A program made the translations under genes and the position numbers. From NCBI RefSeq assembly GCF_006345805.1, contig NW_021836173.1:4162-68161 (forward strand): a stretch of DNA of 64,000 nt, in the 5' to 3' direction. The notes beneath the pieces were generated by a model that worked only from the letters and a program-made list of their open reading frames with translations, did no database searches and was not told the DNA's origin. The stretch comes from Octopus sinensis (taxonomy: Eukaryota). Within the stretch, counting starts at the first letter, position 1. Every line of letters starts with the position of its first letter. Shown one piece after another: positions 52,845 through 63,680 of this stretch.

Positions 52845-53870
52845 ATGGCTGATGACTTTAATGGATATGTTAGGCTACACATAGATACCTACTCATGCAC
52901 ACATGGAAGCTATAGATATAGTAAAAGGAATGAAGGCTCAGTGTTTTGTAGCACAAATGACCAAGACATTTGCAACGTTATCTTCCAGAAAAAAACCCAG
53001 TCACATGACCATCTGCTGCTCATGTGAACATGTATGCCAAAAAAATTACACACTCACTAGGAAACAGGACGGCCAGCTAATTATGAAAGCTAAGTTTTTC
53101 ACGGGTGAAGAATGTAGCATTCAACATAGTTTGATGATTAGTAACTTGAAAAACAAGAATTACACAGACTCAGAGATGAGACAATCTGGAGAAAGGTGTG
53201 GAAACTGAAAGATCTCTATAAAACACTGATTCAAAGAGATTTCAGATGAGGAATATGTTGAGAAGGAAAAATGACCTAAGACAAAGAGTATAAATATAGA
53301 AGACAGCCTGCTGCAGCAAAGTTTCAACCAAACATGATGATATGATGGGGGAATGGTACAAGAGACAGACCCATCAAAGCTATATGACTGATAAGATGAG
53401 AGTAGGGAAGAACATCAAGAAACTAGATGAAAAGCTAGACAACATAAAGCAAAGAAAGAAGCAGAAAATAAGAGGTTTGTCAATGTACTATGATGAGAGG
53501 GGTAAAGTGTTTTAAATTGCAAAGCAGTGTGTCAGTATGTGAATCAATACATCATTCAGGAAAAGTATATCTAGAGTGACAATAGTACACTCTCCATTAC
53601 CATGCTGAGAAGAAATTCTTGGAAATGCTGCTATGAAAAGTTGATGAATATAGAGAAAGTGTGGGAAACAGAAGCCTTCTCTATATAAAGCCAACAGAAG
53701 GATGAGTTAAGAAGATGACACCTGTAGAGTCAAAGTGATTGAAAAACATTAAAGGAGGGAAGGCAGGTGGCCTGTCAAGGATAGTCAATGAAGTGGTGAA
53801 AATCAAAGTAGGGATAGTGCTAGTCACTTGTGTAGTCAGTCATGTAGTACAAAGAGGTGATATGCCCTCA
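52845..53870 (+). mobile_element. Old, heavily degenerate RTE-type LINE fragment in an intron
   Basis: Remnant peptides ADDFNGYV (GDFN-like), RNEG..FC, EECSIQHSLMISNL and KGGKAGGLSRIVNEVVK (GKAxGPSGI-like), with many stops and frameshifts. Confidence 0.7.
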
Positions 53871-53953
53871 TTCACTCACTCATTCATTTGTCAAAATATT
53901 CAGACTCAACACAAAATTATTCACAGAAAGAAATTAATATTAAATATACTCAC

Positions 53954-55001
53954 AAGAGGGGAAATCTTTCTTATTTCAAGAAGAAGCCGGAATTTGTTAG
54001 GGGTCTGTTTGTTATCAAGCACACCCTGGCCCAGACCTCGGCTATCATCTTGGTTGAGGCGACGGTCCAACATCACTTCCATCTCACCAGGCTTCAGATA
54101 GGCAGCTCCAAGTGACTGACCAGACAAGATGTTTAATCGTTTCTGAGAATTCTCCACAAACATAGCAGTTGGCATGGGATAGTAGTTGGCCTGCAAAGGC
54201 AACTTGCTGTATGTTTTACGCCGGTGCATCTGGAAACCATTTAGGTCAGTGTGGAAAGAGTTGTCCTCACTCTTAATATCACTACACACCCTCATGGCCA
54301 TCTCAAAGTTCAGCTTGTCTCTAATGTCCACTATATTGTAGATGTCCAGTGACAAACTGTCTGCACCTGGTGAATTATATAACCTCACAACATGCTCTAC
54401 ATTTTCCACAAAGACACTCACTTCAGACACAACAGTGCCTTGAATGACATGAATGAATGGGTCGACAATTGTTACTTCTCGACCTTCACCATCTGGCAGG
54501 AATAGATAAGCACCACTCTTTTCAGAAGATTTTCGAGTGCCATATGTTACAAATTTGATGCTGACTGGGTGTGTAATACCCTCTGCTTTAAATGTGATGT
54601 TTTGTAACAGCCCTGTTGCCTGGCTGAAGCCAGCCTTCATGTAATAGTTCTCAAGACTGAACGGCTTTGATGGGGACTTCTTTATTGTGAACACTGAACT
54701 GGAATGTTCCATGTTCATGTTTGAGTTGTAAAATGTTATCTCCGATGGCACAGCTTTTTTTGTGGACAGTTTGTGTGTTTTCTCGATTGTGTATTGGCAA
54801 ATGCCCAATGCTTGGATGGCCATCACAAATGACACCTTGTAGACGTCTGTGGAGACAGAATCCCGGTCAGTCCAGAACAAGTCAATCTGTGAAGGAATGA
54901 TCTTTCCCCTAGGATCTCTGACAATAACAAATGGGGAGTCAACATAGACACTCACCACAGTATCTCGCTTATGCGCCAATGAGTTGTAAAATATAACAGA
55001 C
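53954..55001 (-). CDS. MAN2A1: Golgi alpha-mannosidase II, 1048-nt internal exon (GH38 C-terminal beta domains)
   Basis: Acceptor TTTTCTAG|GTCTGTT and donor CTT|GTGAGT; open frame SVIFYNSLAHKR...EKSGAYLFLPDG...FHTDLNGFQM..R....KLPLQANYYPMP...LGAA.LKPGEMEVMLDRRLNQDDSRGLGQGVLDN. The phase (2-0) fits both neighbouring exons. Confidence 0.97.
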
Positions 55002-55090
55002 CTAGAAAATTACAATAAAATATAATTAAATCAATAAGAGTGTTGTAGTTTGCTTGAAGCATTGTAGAAGAAGGGAAAGTGCAAAGGCCG

Positions 55091-55173
55091 ATCCTCAGAA
55101 GGAAACAGTGTAGGAAATGTTCAGTCACACCAGATATAACTGGACATTTCCCAGACTGTTTCCTTCTGAGGAT
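55091..55173. other. 83-nt intronic inverted repeat (35-bp arms, 13-nt loop)
   Basis: ATCCTCAGAAGGAAACAGTGTAGGAAATGTTCAGT - CACACCAGATATA - ACTGGACATTTCCCAGACTGTTTCCTTCTGAGGAT; 32 of 35 positions are complementary. Confidence 0.9.
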
Positions 55174-55391
55174 GGACTTTTGTGCCTTAAATATCAAGGA
55201 TTTTATAAAACTTTTGGCATTGTTAGAAGCTTAATTTTTTCTTTCCTTTTCCTTCTTCCATAATTAAATTATTGTAATCATAATATATAAAGAAAGAAAA
55301 ACAAAGCAAAACATGGTCTATCCCTGGGGTAGACAGAGCTGTGTAGTGAAAATATATCGTAACAATTATATTACTGAACTAATGAGAATTG

Positions 55392-56243
55392 TTTCTAATT
55401 TAGGTGATAAGGCCAGCAATTTGGGGAAAAGGGTGTTTGTCAATTCCAATTAATCCAGTAAAATGACTAGTTTTTCACTTTATTGACTGAAAAGGAATGA
55501 AACATAAAGTTGACTAATGCAGAATTTGAACTCAAAATGTAAGAAGCCAGAACAAATAGAGCAAGAAAGTTTGTCCAGTGCTTATAACAGTTCTGCCAAT
55601 CTACTGCTTTAACAACAACAACGGTTTCAAATTTTGGCACATGGTTAGCAATTTTGGGGGAGGGGTTAAGTTGATTATATCAACTACAGCTTATTTTAAC
55701 TTCAAAAGGATGAAAGACAAAGGTGATTTTGGAGGCATTTGAACTCAGAACATAAAGAGAGACAAAATGCCACAAAGCATTTTTCCTGGTGTGCTAACAA
55801 TTCTGCCAGTTCACCACCTTAGATATTGATTTCAAATTTTGGCACAAGGTCTGAAATTTTGGGGAAGGGGTTAAGTCAATTACACCACTTCCAGTGTTTA
55901 ACTGGTACTAATTTTACTGGCCCGAAGGGATGAAAGGCAAAGTCGACTGTAGTAGAATTTGAACTCAGAACGTAAAGTTGGATGAAATGATGCTAAGCAT
56001 TTTGCCCAGAGTGCTAACGATTCTGCCAGAAGAAAAAATCCTTTCTACTCTAGGCACAAGACCTGAAATTTGTGGAGGGGAGGGTACTAGTTGATTACAT
56101 TGACCCCAGTGTTTACTGGTACTTAATTTACTGAGACCAAAAGGATGAAAAGCAAAATTGACCTAGGCGGAATTTGAACTTAGGATGTAAAGGTGGACGA
56201 AATGCTACTAAGCATTTTGCTCACTGTGGTAAGGATTCTGCCA
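55392..56243 (-). mobile_element. Four head-to-tail diverged tRNA-derived SINE copies (~215 bp each)
   Basis: ATTTGAACT (reverse complement of a B-box-like AGTTCAAAT) at 55524, 55737, 55957 and 56172. Each copy ends in TTCTGCCA (reverse complement of an A-box-like TGGCAGAA), and they share a GGATGAAAG-like core. Confidence 0.8.
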
Positions 56244-57239
56244 ATAATTCTAACAAAGGCAACAGCAACAAGGAAGGAATCAGTCAATCCCACTTACATG
56301 CTACTTTGTACATGGAATTGATGCAAAGAAATCCATCAGAACCATGCCAGCAAAGGAAAATGGATAATGATTATGATGATGATAGTAATGGTTCCTAAAA
56401 TAGGCACATTCACACATTCTTGGGGAATAGGAGAGAGGGAACCAACAATATCCAACAATTTTGGTTACATAGACCTCTATATAACCAAATATAAAAGAGT
56501 GAACTACAGTGGGCTATGATGATGTAATGAAAGCCATAGGAAAAAAAAATTTAATTCTATATTACCACCTGAGTTAGGTAATCTTAAGTACTTATCTTAT
56601 ATATTGTTATTAATGTTTACCAGAAAAAAAATCAGCGTTCATTGAATAAAAACTGAAAATATTGTTGTTGAGAGAGAGAGAGAGAGAGAATGAGAGAGTG
56701 TGTGCATCTGTAGATAGAGAGAGACAGTGAGAGAAAGAGAGAGGCAGCATTCATCAATAAAGGGAAAAGGGTTTTGTTGAGAGAGAAGGCAAGAGGCACT
56801 GTTTGACTCCCTCTCTCATTGTTATCACCATTTTGTCTCTTCTCTTTTTTACTCTTACTTACATTGCTACTTCCTTATTGCATGATTTTGGACAAACTTA
56901 CAAACAAGCTTATTATTATAATAATTATAATAAATTATTTACACATGAAAACTTTTAAAAATTAGGTTTTGTATAGTTGCACCAGGATGAGTTCAGACCA
57001 GTCAGTATCAAAAGACTTATAAGCAGAAGCCAAACAAGCAAATGGTATAAGGAGTTATGTACCTTGCTTAAGGAGGCATTAAATGAGACAAATGTTGTTA
57101 GAGGAGTTCTCCTCCTAACATCCATTTGCACTTTCATGGAAAACACCAGTGAAGCTCAAAGATCAACTTTAAATTTGTATTTTGTTTCATTTAAGATATG
57201 TGAATATTTTCAATATATTTTATATAGAAATTACAATTG

Positions 57240-57360
57240 TGTGTCAAGAAAGCTTCCCAACCACCTAGTTCCTAGTTCAGTCCCACTGCATGGCACATTG
57301 GAAAGTGTCTTTGTGAGTGGATTTATTAGATGGAAACTGAAAGAAGCCTGTTGTATATAA
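57240..57360 (+). mobile_element. Degenerate SINE fragment
   Basis: CTTCCCAACCAC..GTTCAGTCCCACTGCATGGCAC..TTGTGAGTGGATTT..GATGGAAACTGAAAGAAGCC; same family as 48830-48950. Confidence 0.55.
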
Positions 57361-58192
57361 GGTCCTGGGATGGTAGAAAGATAGGATATATCCTATGCAG
57401 CACTCAACCTGAATTTTAGGCTATCTACACTGTCAGATTTCAGACTAATATCAAAATTCTTCAGGTGTAGAAAATCTAGGCTTCACAAAGGTAAAACCGT
57501 TGTATGGATTTTGTGAAGAGTTAGAGTGGCATTTCTTCAGACCTACGACAAAAGTACGCACTTACATTGTGCATCTGCCAGGCTGTGTGTTTTGCTTACA
57601 TCAGGAGAAAACAAAAAAGTAAACAGAATAAAGATAAAAATGTAAACTGACTGTGAAAAATGGACAGGACAAGAACATTGTTAATACCAAAGTAAGTAAA
57701 AATATGGTTAGGGGATGAATAAGTAGTAAAAGAGGAAGAGGACAAAAAAATGAGGTAGAAGTGGAAGAAGTGGGAGGAGAAAGAAGAGAAGAAAGCGAAA
57801 GTGAATAGTTGAAAGGAAGAAGAGGAGTGATGTGGATTGTGATGCCAGAATTACCAGAATCAAATTATAATGGAAAAGTGAAAAGTAATTTTGGTGTAGA
57901 ATCATAAATATAGAGTGATAAAATAAAGAAAATAACAAATAAAAAAAAGGAAGGCTAATTGTAAAACAATATCAACAAAGACAGCAAGAATAATGAGAAG
58001 AAAATAATGATAGCAATACTACTACTACTATTATTAATAGTAATAAAGATAATTACGTTTATTTGCTTTGCAAGATTTTTGATGTGAAATCGTGTGTTGA
58101 AACAGATATTATTGTATTTAGGAATGGTCATTTTGCCAGTTTAGCCAATAAAAACACACGCACTATATATTTGGTGTTACTTTGCTTCAGCA

Positions 58193-59896
58193 TTGCAGGA
58201 GAAATATCTAGCCAAAGATAAGCCCCTGTACCTGGCTTTTGTTGACATGGAGAAAGCCTTCGACAGGGTCCCCCAATCCCTTATCTGGTGGTCAATGAGA
58301 AAACTAGGGATAGATGAATGGTTAGTGAGAGCTGTGCAAGCCATGTACAGGGACGCTGCTAGTAAGGTGAGGGTTGGCAATGAGTACAGTGAAGAATTCC
58401 GGGTAGAGATAGGGGTCCACCAAGGTTCAGTCCTCAGCTCCCTCCTATTTATCATAGTCCTCCAGGCAATAACAGAGGAATTCAAGACAGGATGCCCCTG
58501 GGAGCTCCTCTACGCTGATAACCTTGCTCTAATTGCTGAGTCACTATCAGAACTGGAGGAGAAGTTTCAGGTGTGGAAGCAAGGATTAGAATCGAAGGGC
58601 CTTAGAGTCAACCTAGCTAAAACCAAAGTCCTAATAAGTAGGAACGTAGACAAATCACAAACGCCTTCAGGTAGATGGCCCTGCTCGATCTGTAGAAAAG
58701 GCGTAGGTAGAAACTCTATAAGATGCACCAAGTGTAAGCTATGGACACATAAGGGGTGCAGCAACGTCAAGGGAAGGCTAACTAGGAAAATAGTTTTTGT
58801 ATGTGGCAGATGCTCAGGAGCAATAAACACTGAAAATGCGCAGAGACCAACTTCCGCCACATTCCAGGGAGAAAAACTAGAAATAGTTGATAGCTTCCGT
58901 TACCTAGGTGACCAAGTCAGTAGCGGGGGCGGGTGTGTTAAAAGCGTAACTGCTAGAGTAAGAATAGCCTGGGAAAAGTTCAGAGAGCTCTTACTTCTGC
59001 TGGTGACAAAAGGCAGACTGTATGACGCATGTGTGCGAACAGCCATGCTACATGGCAGTGAAACATGGGCCATGACAGCTGAGGATATGCGTAAGCTTGC
59101 AAGAAATGAAGCCAGTATGCTCCGATGGATGTGTAATGTCAGTGTTCATACTCGACAGAGTGTAAGTACCTTGAGAGAGAAGTTGGACCTAAGAAGCATC
59201 AGTTGTGGTGTGCAAGAGAGACGTTTGCGCTGGTATGGTCATGTGGCGAGAATGGATGAAGATAGTTGTGTGAAAAAGTTCCACACCCTAGCGGTTGAGG
59301 GAACCTGTGAAAGAGGTAGACCCAGGAAAACCTGGGATGTGGTGGTGAAGCACGACCTTCGAACTTTAGGTCTCACTGAGGAAATGACCAGAGACTGAGA
59401 CCTATGGAAGTATGCTGTGCGTGAGAAGACCTGGCAGGACAAGTGAGACCATAACCCATGGCCTCTACCTGGGATGTAGCCAGCCCACTTATGCATACCT
59501 TTCCTTCTAGGGACACAAAACTCTACTTGTGAAGACCTGTTGAGGCAAGTGAGAATCAGACTCGAAATCGATCAACATCAATGGAAATTGCAGCTGTGAT
59601 ACCAGTGCTAGCAGCACGTAAGGGAACCATCCGAACGTGGCCATTGCCAGTGCCGCCCTGACGAGCCTCCATGCCGGTGGCATGTAAAAAGCACCATCCA
59701 ATCATGGCCGTTGCCAGCCTCACATGGCCCCCGTGCCAGTGGCACGTAAAAAGCACCATCCGGTCATGGCCATTGCCAGCCTCGCCTGGCCCCTGTGCTG
59801 GTGGCACGTAAAAAGCACCCACTACACTCATGGAGTGGTTGGCGTTAGGATGGGCATCCAGCCGTAGAAACATTGCCAGATCAGACTGGGCCTGGT
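58193..59896 (+). mobile_element. 5'-truncated RTE-type LINE (RT domain to 3' UTR), antisense in a MAN2A intron; catalytic YADD mutated to YADN
   Basis: Open frame 58193-59398: AFVDMEKAFDRVP, GVHQGSVLSSLLF, ELLYADNLAL, GLRVNLAKTK, FRYLG, GSETW, RLRWYGHV, GRPRKTW. The 3' UTR matches 60836-61431 and is cut at 59896. Confidence 0.96.
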
Positions 59897-60240
59897 AGTA
59901 GAATCACTACTGTTGCTCCCATCGGAACACAAGGTAAAATCTATAATGAACTCCTGCACTACACTTGACAAAACAGTAAAGAACGACTTACACCTTATAA
60001 TATATTTTTCGCCTTTTCAAGAACATGGATTCTATTGAATGTATATAGCATGGACTCTATTGAATGTATGAAACAATTATGAACTATTCCATTATAATCT
60101 TTATTATAAAAAATTCTTTTTGATAAGGTTCGTTACTTCAAGAACCGAAACATGTAAAAATTAAAATTTATCTAATATAGTGGCATTTTCAAACTTCTTT
60201 TTTACAAATATATACCCACTCGTATACGATCTAATCTTAT
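59897..60240 (+). mobile_element. Probable Penelope-like element remnant with a minimal hammerhead motif
   Basis: Hammerhead-like core at 60120-60156 (TTGATAA-GGTTC/GAACC-GAAACATGTA). The upstream peptide VESLLL...KSIMNS only loosely recalls a GIY-YIG C-terminus. The element assignment is an inference. Confidence 0.4.
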
Positions 60241-60255
60241 TATAAATATATATAT

Positions 60256-60302
<47 letters not shown>

Positions 60303-60835
60303 TATATATATATACACACACACAAAGATATTTGCAGCAATAAGTTTCACCCTACCAAATTGGTAACTTGGGCTGAGTTGCTTGCACCCATAGTTACATT
60401 GAAATATTCTAGTCTGTCCTTATGAGGCTGTCATTCAAAGTAAATATTGTTTTCCTAGCTGCTACAATTGGTTTGGTGTCCTTAAATAAAGAGGTGTTCC
60501 TGATGGCAAAGATTATAGCCTCACTGAGAAGTACAAGTTTAATAGATGAGTAGTACAAGTTGATATCTATCTGTATGAATTTTTTTGTATTTTGTAAAGT
60601 AAATTCTTAAACCAGTCAATAACATCAGTTGTGTCTGACCAAAGATCTAGTTTAATAAGGTTCCTCAATGTAGGGAGTATCATATCTATAACGGTTTTGT
60701 GATTGCAAATATGTCAATTTTCATTCGGAACTTTTGTGTGAGCTTACATTAAAAGCTGAGCTCGAACAAAAACAACTACAACTGACCATTAAAGATGTGT
60801 TGAAGTCTTCTTATTTGGATTATATAAATATATAT

Positions 60836-61431
60836 AGGAAATGACCAGAGACCGAGACCTTTGGAAGTATGCTGTGCGTGAGAAGACCCAGCAGGACAAG
60901 TGAGGCCATAACCCATGGCCTCTACCTGGGATGTAGTCAGTCCACCTGTGCATACCTTCCTTCTTGGGACACAAAACTCTGCTTGTGAAGACCTGTTGAG
61001 GCAAGTGAAATTCGAAATCGCTCAACATCAATGGAATTTGTAGTTGTGATACCAGTGCTGGTGGCACGTAAGAGAGCCATCCAAACGTGGCTGTAGCCAG
61101 CGCCGCATTGACTGGCCTCCATGCCGGTGGCATGTGACAAACACCATCCGATTGTGGCCATTGCCAGCCTCGCCTGGCCTCCGTGCCGGTGGCACATAAA
61201 AAGCACCATCCAAGCGTGGCCGTTCGCCAGCCTCATCTGGCACCTGTGTCGGTGGCACATAAAATCACTCACTACACTCCCGGAGTGGTTGGCATTAGGA
61301 AGGGCATCCAGCTGTAGAAACTCTGCCAGATCTGACTGGAGCCTGGTGCAGCCTCCTGGCTTCCCAGACCCCAGTTGAACCGTCCAACCCATGCTAGCAT
61401 GGAAGGCAGACGTTAAATGATGATGATGATG
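60836..61431 (+). mobile_element. Short 5'-truncated RTE LINE copy (end of ORF plus complete 3' UTR, (TGA)n tail)
   Basis: Starts AGGAAATGACCAGAGAC, as at 59380; colinear with 59380-59896; ends GACGTTAAATGATGATGATGATG. Confidence 0.92.
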
Positions 61432-61939
61432 TATGAATATATGCATATATGTTTGTGTCTTTGTGTTTGTCCCTCACTACTGCTTGGTATGCTTACACCC
61501 CTCTAACTTAGCAGTTCAACAAAAGATACTGATAGAACAAGTACTAGGCTAAATAAAAATTCTACTAAAATTCCTCAAGGTGGTGCCTCAGCATTCTAAT
61601 CACTGAAACGTAAAAATTAAAAGACAATAACAATAAAAGGCAGTGTTTATTATAAGCAAGAGATACTTTTTTATCGAGATTTCATTGCTCATAATTACAG
61701 GTAAATATTATACAAGCATATATTATCACTAACAAGTATAGTGTATGTATGTAGTGTGTGTGTGTGGATACACATACCTATAACAATACAGGTTTCCACA
61801 GAGACACACAAATTCTACTCACAAAAGCATTTCAGACAACCAGAAACTATAATAGGAGACACTTGTCCAAAGTGTACACAGTCCTTACAGAGTACCTGCA
61901 ATTATAATTTATAGAGGTGTATTACCAATTGTTACTTAC

Positions 61940-62007
61940 TGAGGAGTATCACTTATTTTCAAAACAGAACGTTCTGGTATAGAAAAATGCTTCTCCCTTT
62001 TTTCATC
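61940..62007 (-). CDS. MAN2A1: Golgi alpha-mannosidase II, 68-nt internal exon (absent from the ORF track)
   Basis: Polypyrimidine tract plus TACAG|GAT; DEKREKHFSIPERSVLKISDTP+CA|GTAAGT. Phase 0-2 joins the G at 55001 to give ...TPQSVIFYNS. Confidence 0.88.
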
Positions 62008-62480
62008 CTGTATTAAAAAAAAAAAAAGAAATAGATTGTAATTTACTCTCAGCATTTACATTTGTGAGAATAGCAACCAAATCTTCCTCAAATCACACTT
62101 TAAAATGCATGACACAGAAGTATTTAAAACAACAATTTTCCTAAAATGATGCATCGAAAATTTTACTGTGTCGCAAGGGACAAAAACAAATTTCAAGCAA
62201 AGTCTCTTTTTGATATCAACCAATTTGACACAGCTCCCACTTCTCCTGAGATACAAACTTCCTGTTTTAAAGTGATCTGACCAAACATTTATTGAAGAAT
62301 ATCCCCCAATGAATACTTATAAAGGAGTAGCCTCAATTATTATTTACTGCATCAGACTCTCTATTTCCCATTCAGTATCCTGAATCAACAATCTTTTGTA
62401 ATTACTTTCATGCCAGATTTCTTTTCAGTCATGGAAGTGCTTAGGAAGGAAAGAAAATCAAAAGCAGTCATTCAACTCAC

Positions 62481-62595
62481 AACATTAAACATAGGTTTTT
62501 CTTTGGAGTAGCTGTATTTGCTTTTCTCTTTCATCATTAAAAATGTGATGGATTCTGTTGTCAGTCTCTTCATCTCCATCATAGCAGTCAGCAAC
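62481..62595 (-). CDS. MAN2A1: Golgi alpha-mannosidase II, 115-nt internal exon (most upstream exon found in the window)
   Basis: Acceptor TTTTTCAG|G TTG; LLTAMMEMKRLTTESITFLMMKEKSKYSYSKEKPMFNV|GTGAGT; phase 2-0. It resembles the segment following the HHDAITGT..DYG motif of MAN2A. I found no further upstream exon within the window. Confidence 0.82.
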
Positions 62596-63046
62596 CTGAA
62601 AAATTAAAAAGACAGATTCTCTTATTCCTTTATCCTTGTAATGGATCCAGGCTTTGAATTACAGTTATGATGGAGCACTTCCTTCAGGTAGTGTGTGTGC
62701 ACCTATGTATATGTGTACACACATATACACACAAAATCTTCCCAGTAGGGGAGACTATGTAGTCACCTCTTCAGCAAGACACCTGTCCTGTCTCTCATAC
62801 TTTCATAGTAATATAACCCACAGAGTTGAGAGGCCTTGTCTTGCAAATACTTTCTAGCCTAACTAGTGCAGGTGACACAGAAAAAGCAGCCAGTATACTA
62901 TGTGAAGTGTAACATGCAACTGTAGAAACCTTGCCAAAACAAACATTAGACTTCAGTGCAGCCTTTTGGATCATCAGTTCCAGTCAAACCCATGACAGCA
63001 TGGAAAAAGATATGTGAAACAATAACAATGACAACTAGACTAGATA

Positions 63047-63452
63047 TCTTTATATATAAAAGTCAAGTTGTGTGTCTGTCTCCTACGATTTAGTTTCCTA
63101 ACTACTCCCACATTTTGCGGTGCAGTTTAACCAAAAGCGGGTATCTTATAGTCGTGATTCATATCGAGCCCTTCTGGGTATTAGTACGCGTCTACGATGA
63201 GTCTACGATTTAAAAAAAAATTTACCATAATTTTTCCGTATTTTTAATGCATTTTCGCTCAGTTTATATAAGGGAAGTAACTCTCTAAAAATGTATTATT
63301 AAATCTCAGAATGTAAAAAGCTACAGTAACACCCCCCCCCCCTTTGTGGTTAGCCATATTGTGATGGCTATTATACTTTACATTTATACTCTAAATATGC
63401 TCATATAGTTATTCCCCTTACAAACCCGAGCAACGCCAGGCGATACTGCTAG
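63047..63452 (+). mobile_element. Non-autonomous Helitron (~406 bp)
   Basis: 5' A|TCTTTATATATAAAA; 3' subterminal GC-rich imperfect hairpin CCCGAGCAACGCCAGG followed by CTAG|T. It sits between A and T with no target-site duplication, the canonical Helitron end structure. Confidence 0.8.
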
Positions 63453-63454
63453 TT

Positions 63455-63519
63455 ATATATTTATATAAATATATATATATATATATCATCATCATATATA
63501 TATATATATATATTGTTGA

Positions 63520-63553
<34 letters not shown>

Positions 63554-63633
63554 TAGCAAAAACTGTCTGATGAACGGCAACGAGAAACTCAGAGTAACAG
63601 ATTTTGTTGAATTTTTTGCTGCTTAAAATAAAG

Positions 63634-63664
<31 letters not shown>

Positions 63665-63680
63665 ATATATATATATATAT
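63455..63680. repeat. Compound (TA)n microsatellite region
   Basis: Several (TA)n runs separated by short unique spacers. Other (TA)n runs lie at ~48657-48685 and ~60245-60313. Confidence 0.85.

Noticed and set aside
53739-54101. 120-aa plus-strand ORF as a separate gene
   Set aside because: It is a chimera of a degenerate LINE remnant and the antisense of the MAN2A exon.
55160-55195. CTGAGGA beside the intronic hairpin as a second hammerhead core
   Set aside because: It matches CUGANGA, but no GAAA follows the putative stem II on either strand.
55392-56243. tRNA genes
   Set aside because: A-box-like and B-box-like motifs are present, but I could not build a cloverleaf and the copies continue into a shared SINE body.
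56955-57360. Additional MAN2A exon or nested gene (ORFs 56955-57146 and 56977-57360)
   Set aside because: There are no GH38 motifs, and the 68-nt and 1048-nt exons already join in frame with no gap in the protein. The ORF runs into a SINE fragment.
57690-58030. Purine-rich tract as a triplex or regulatory element
   Set aside because: It is low-complexity A/G-rich sequence without clear mirror symmetry, and similar tracts occur elsewhere (50100-50240, 52600-52760).
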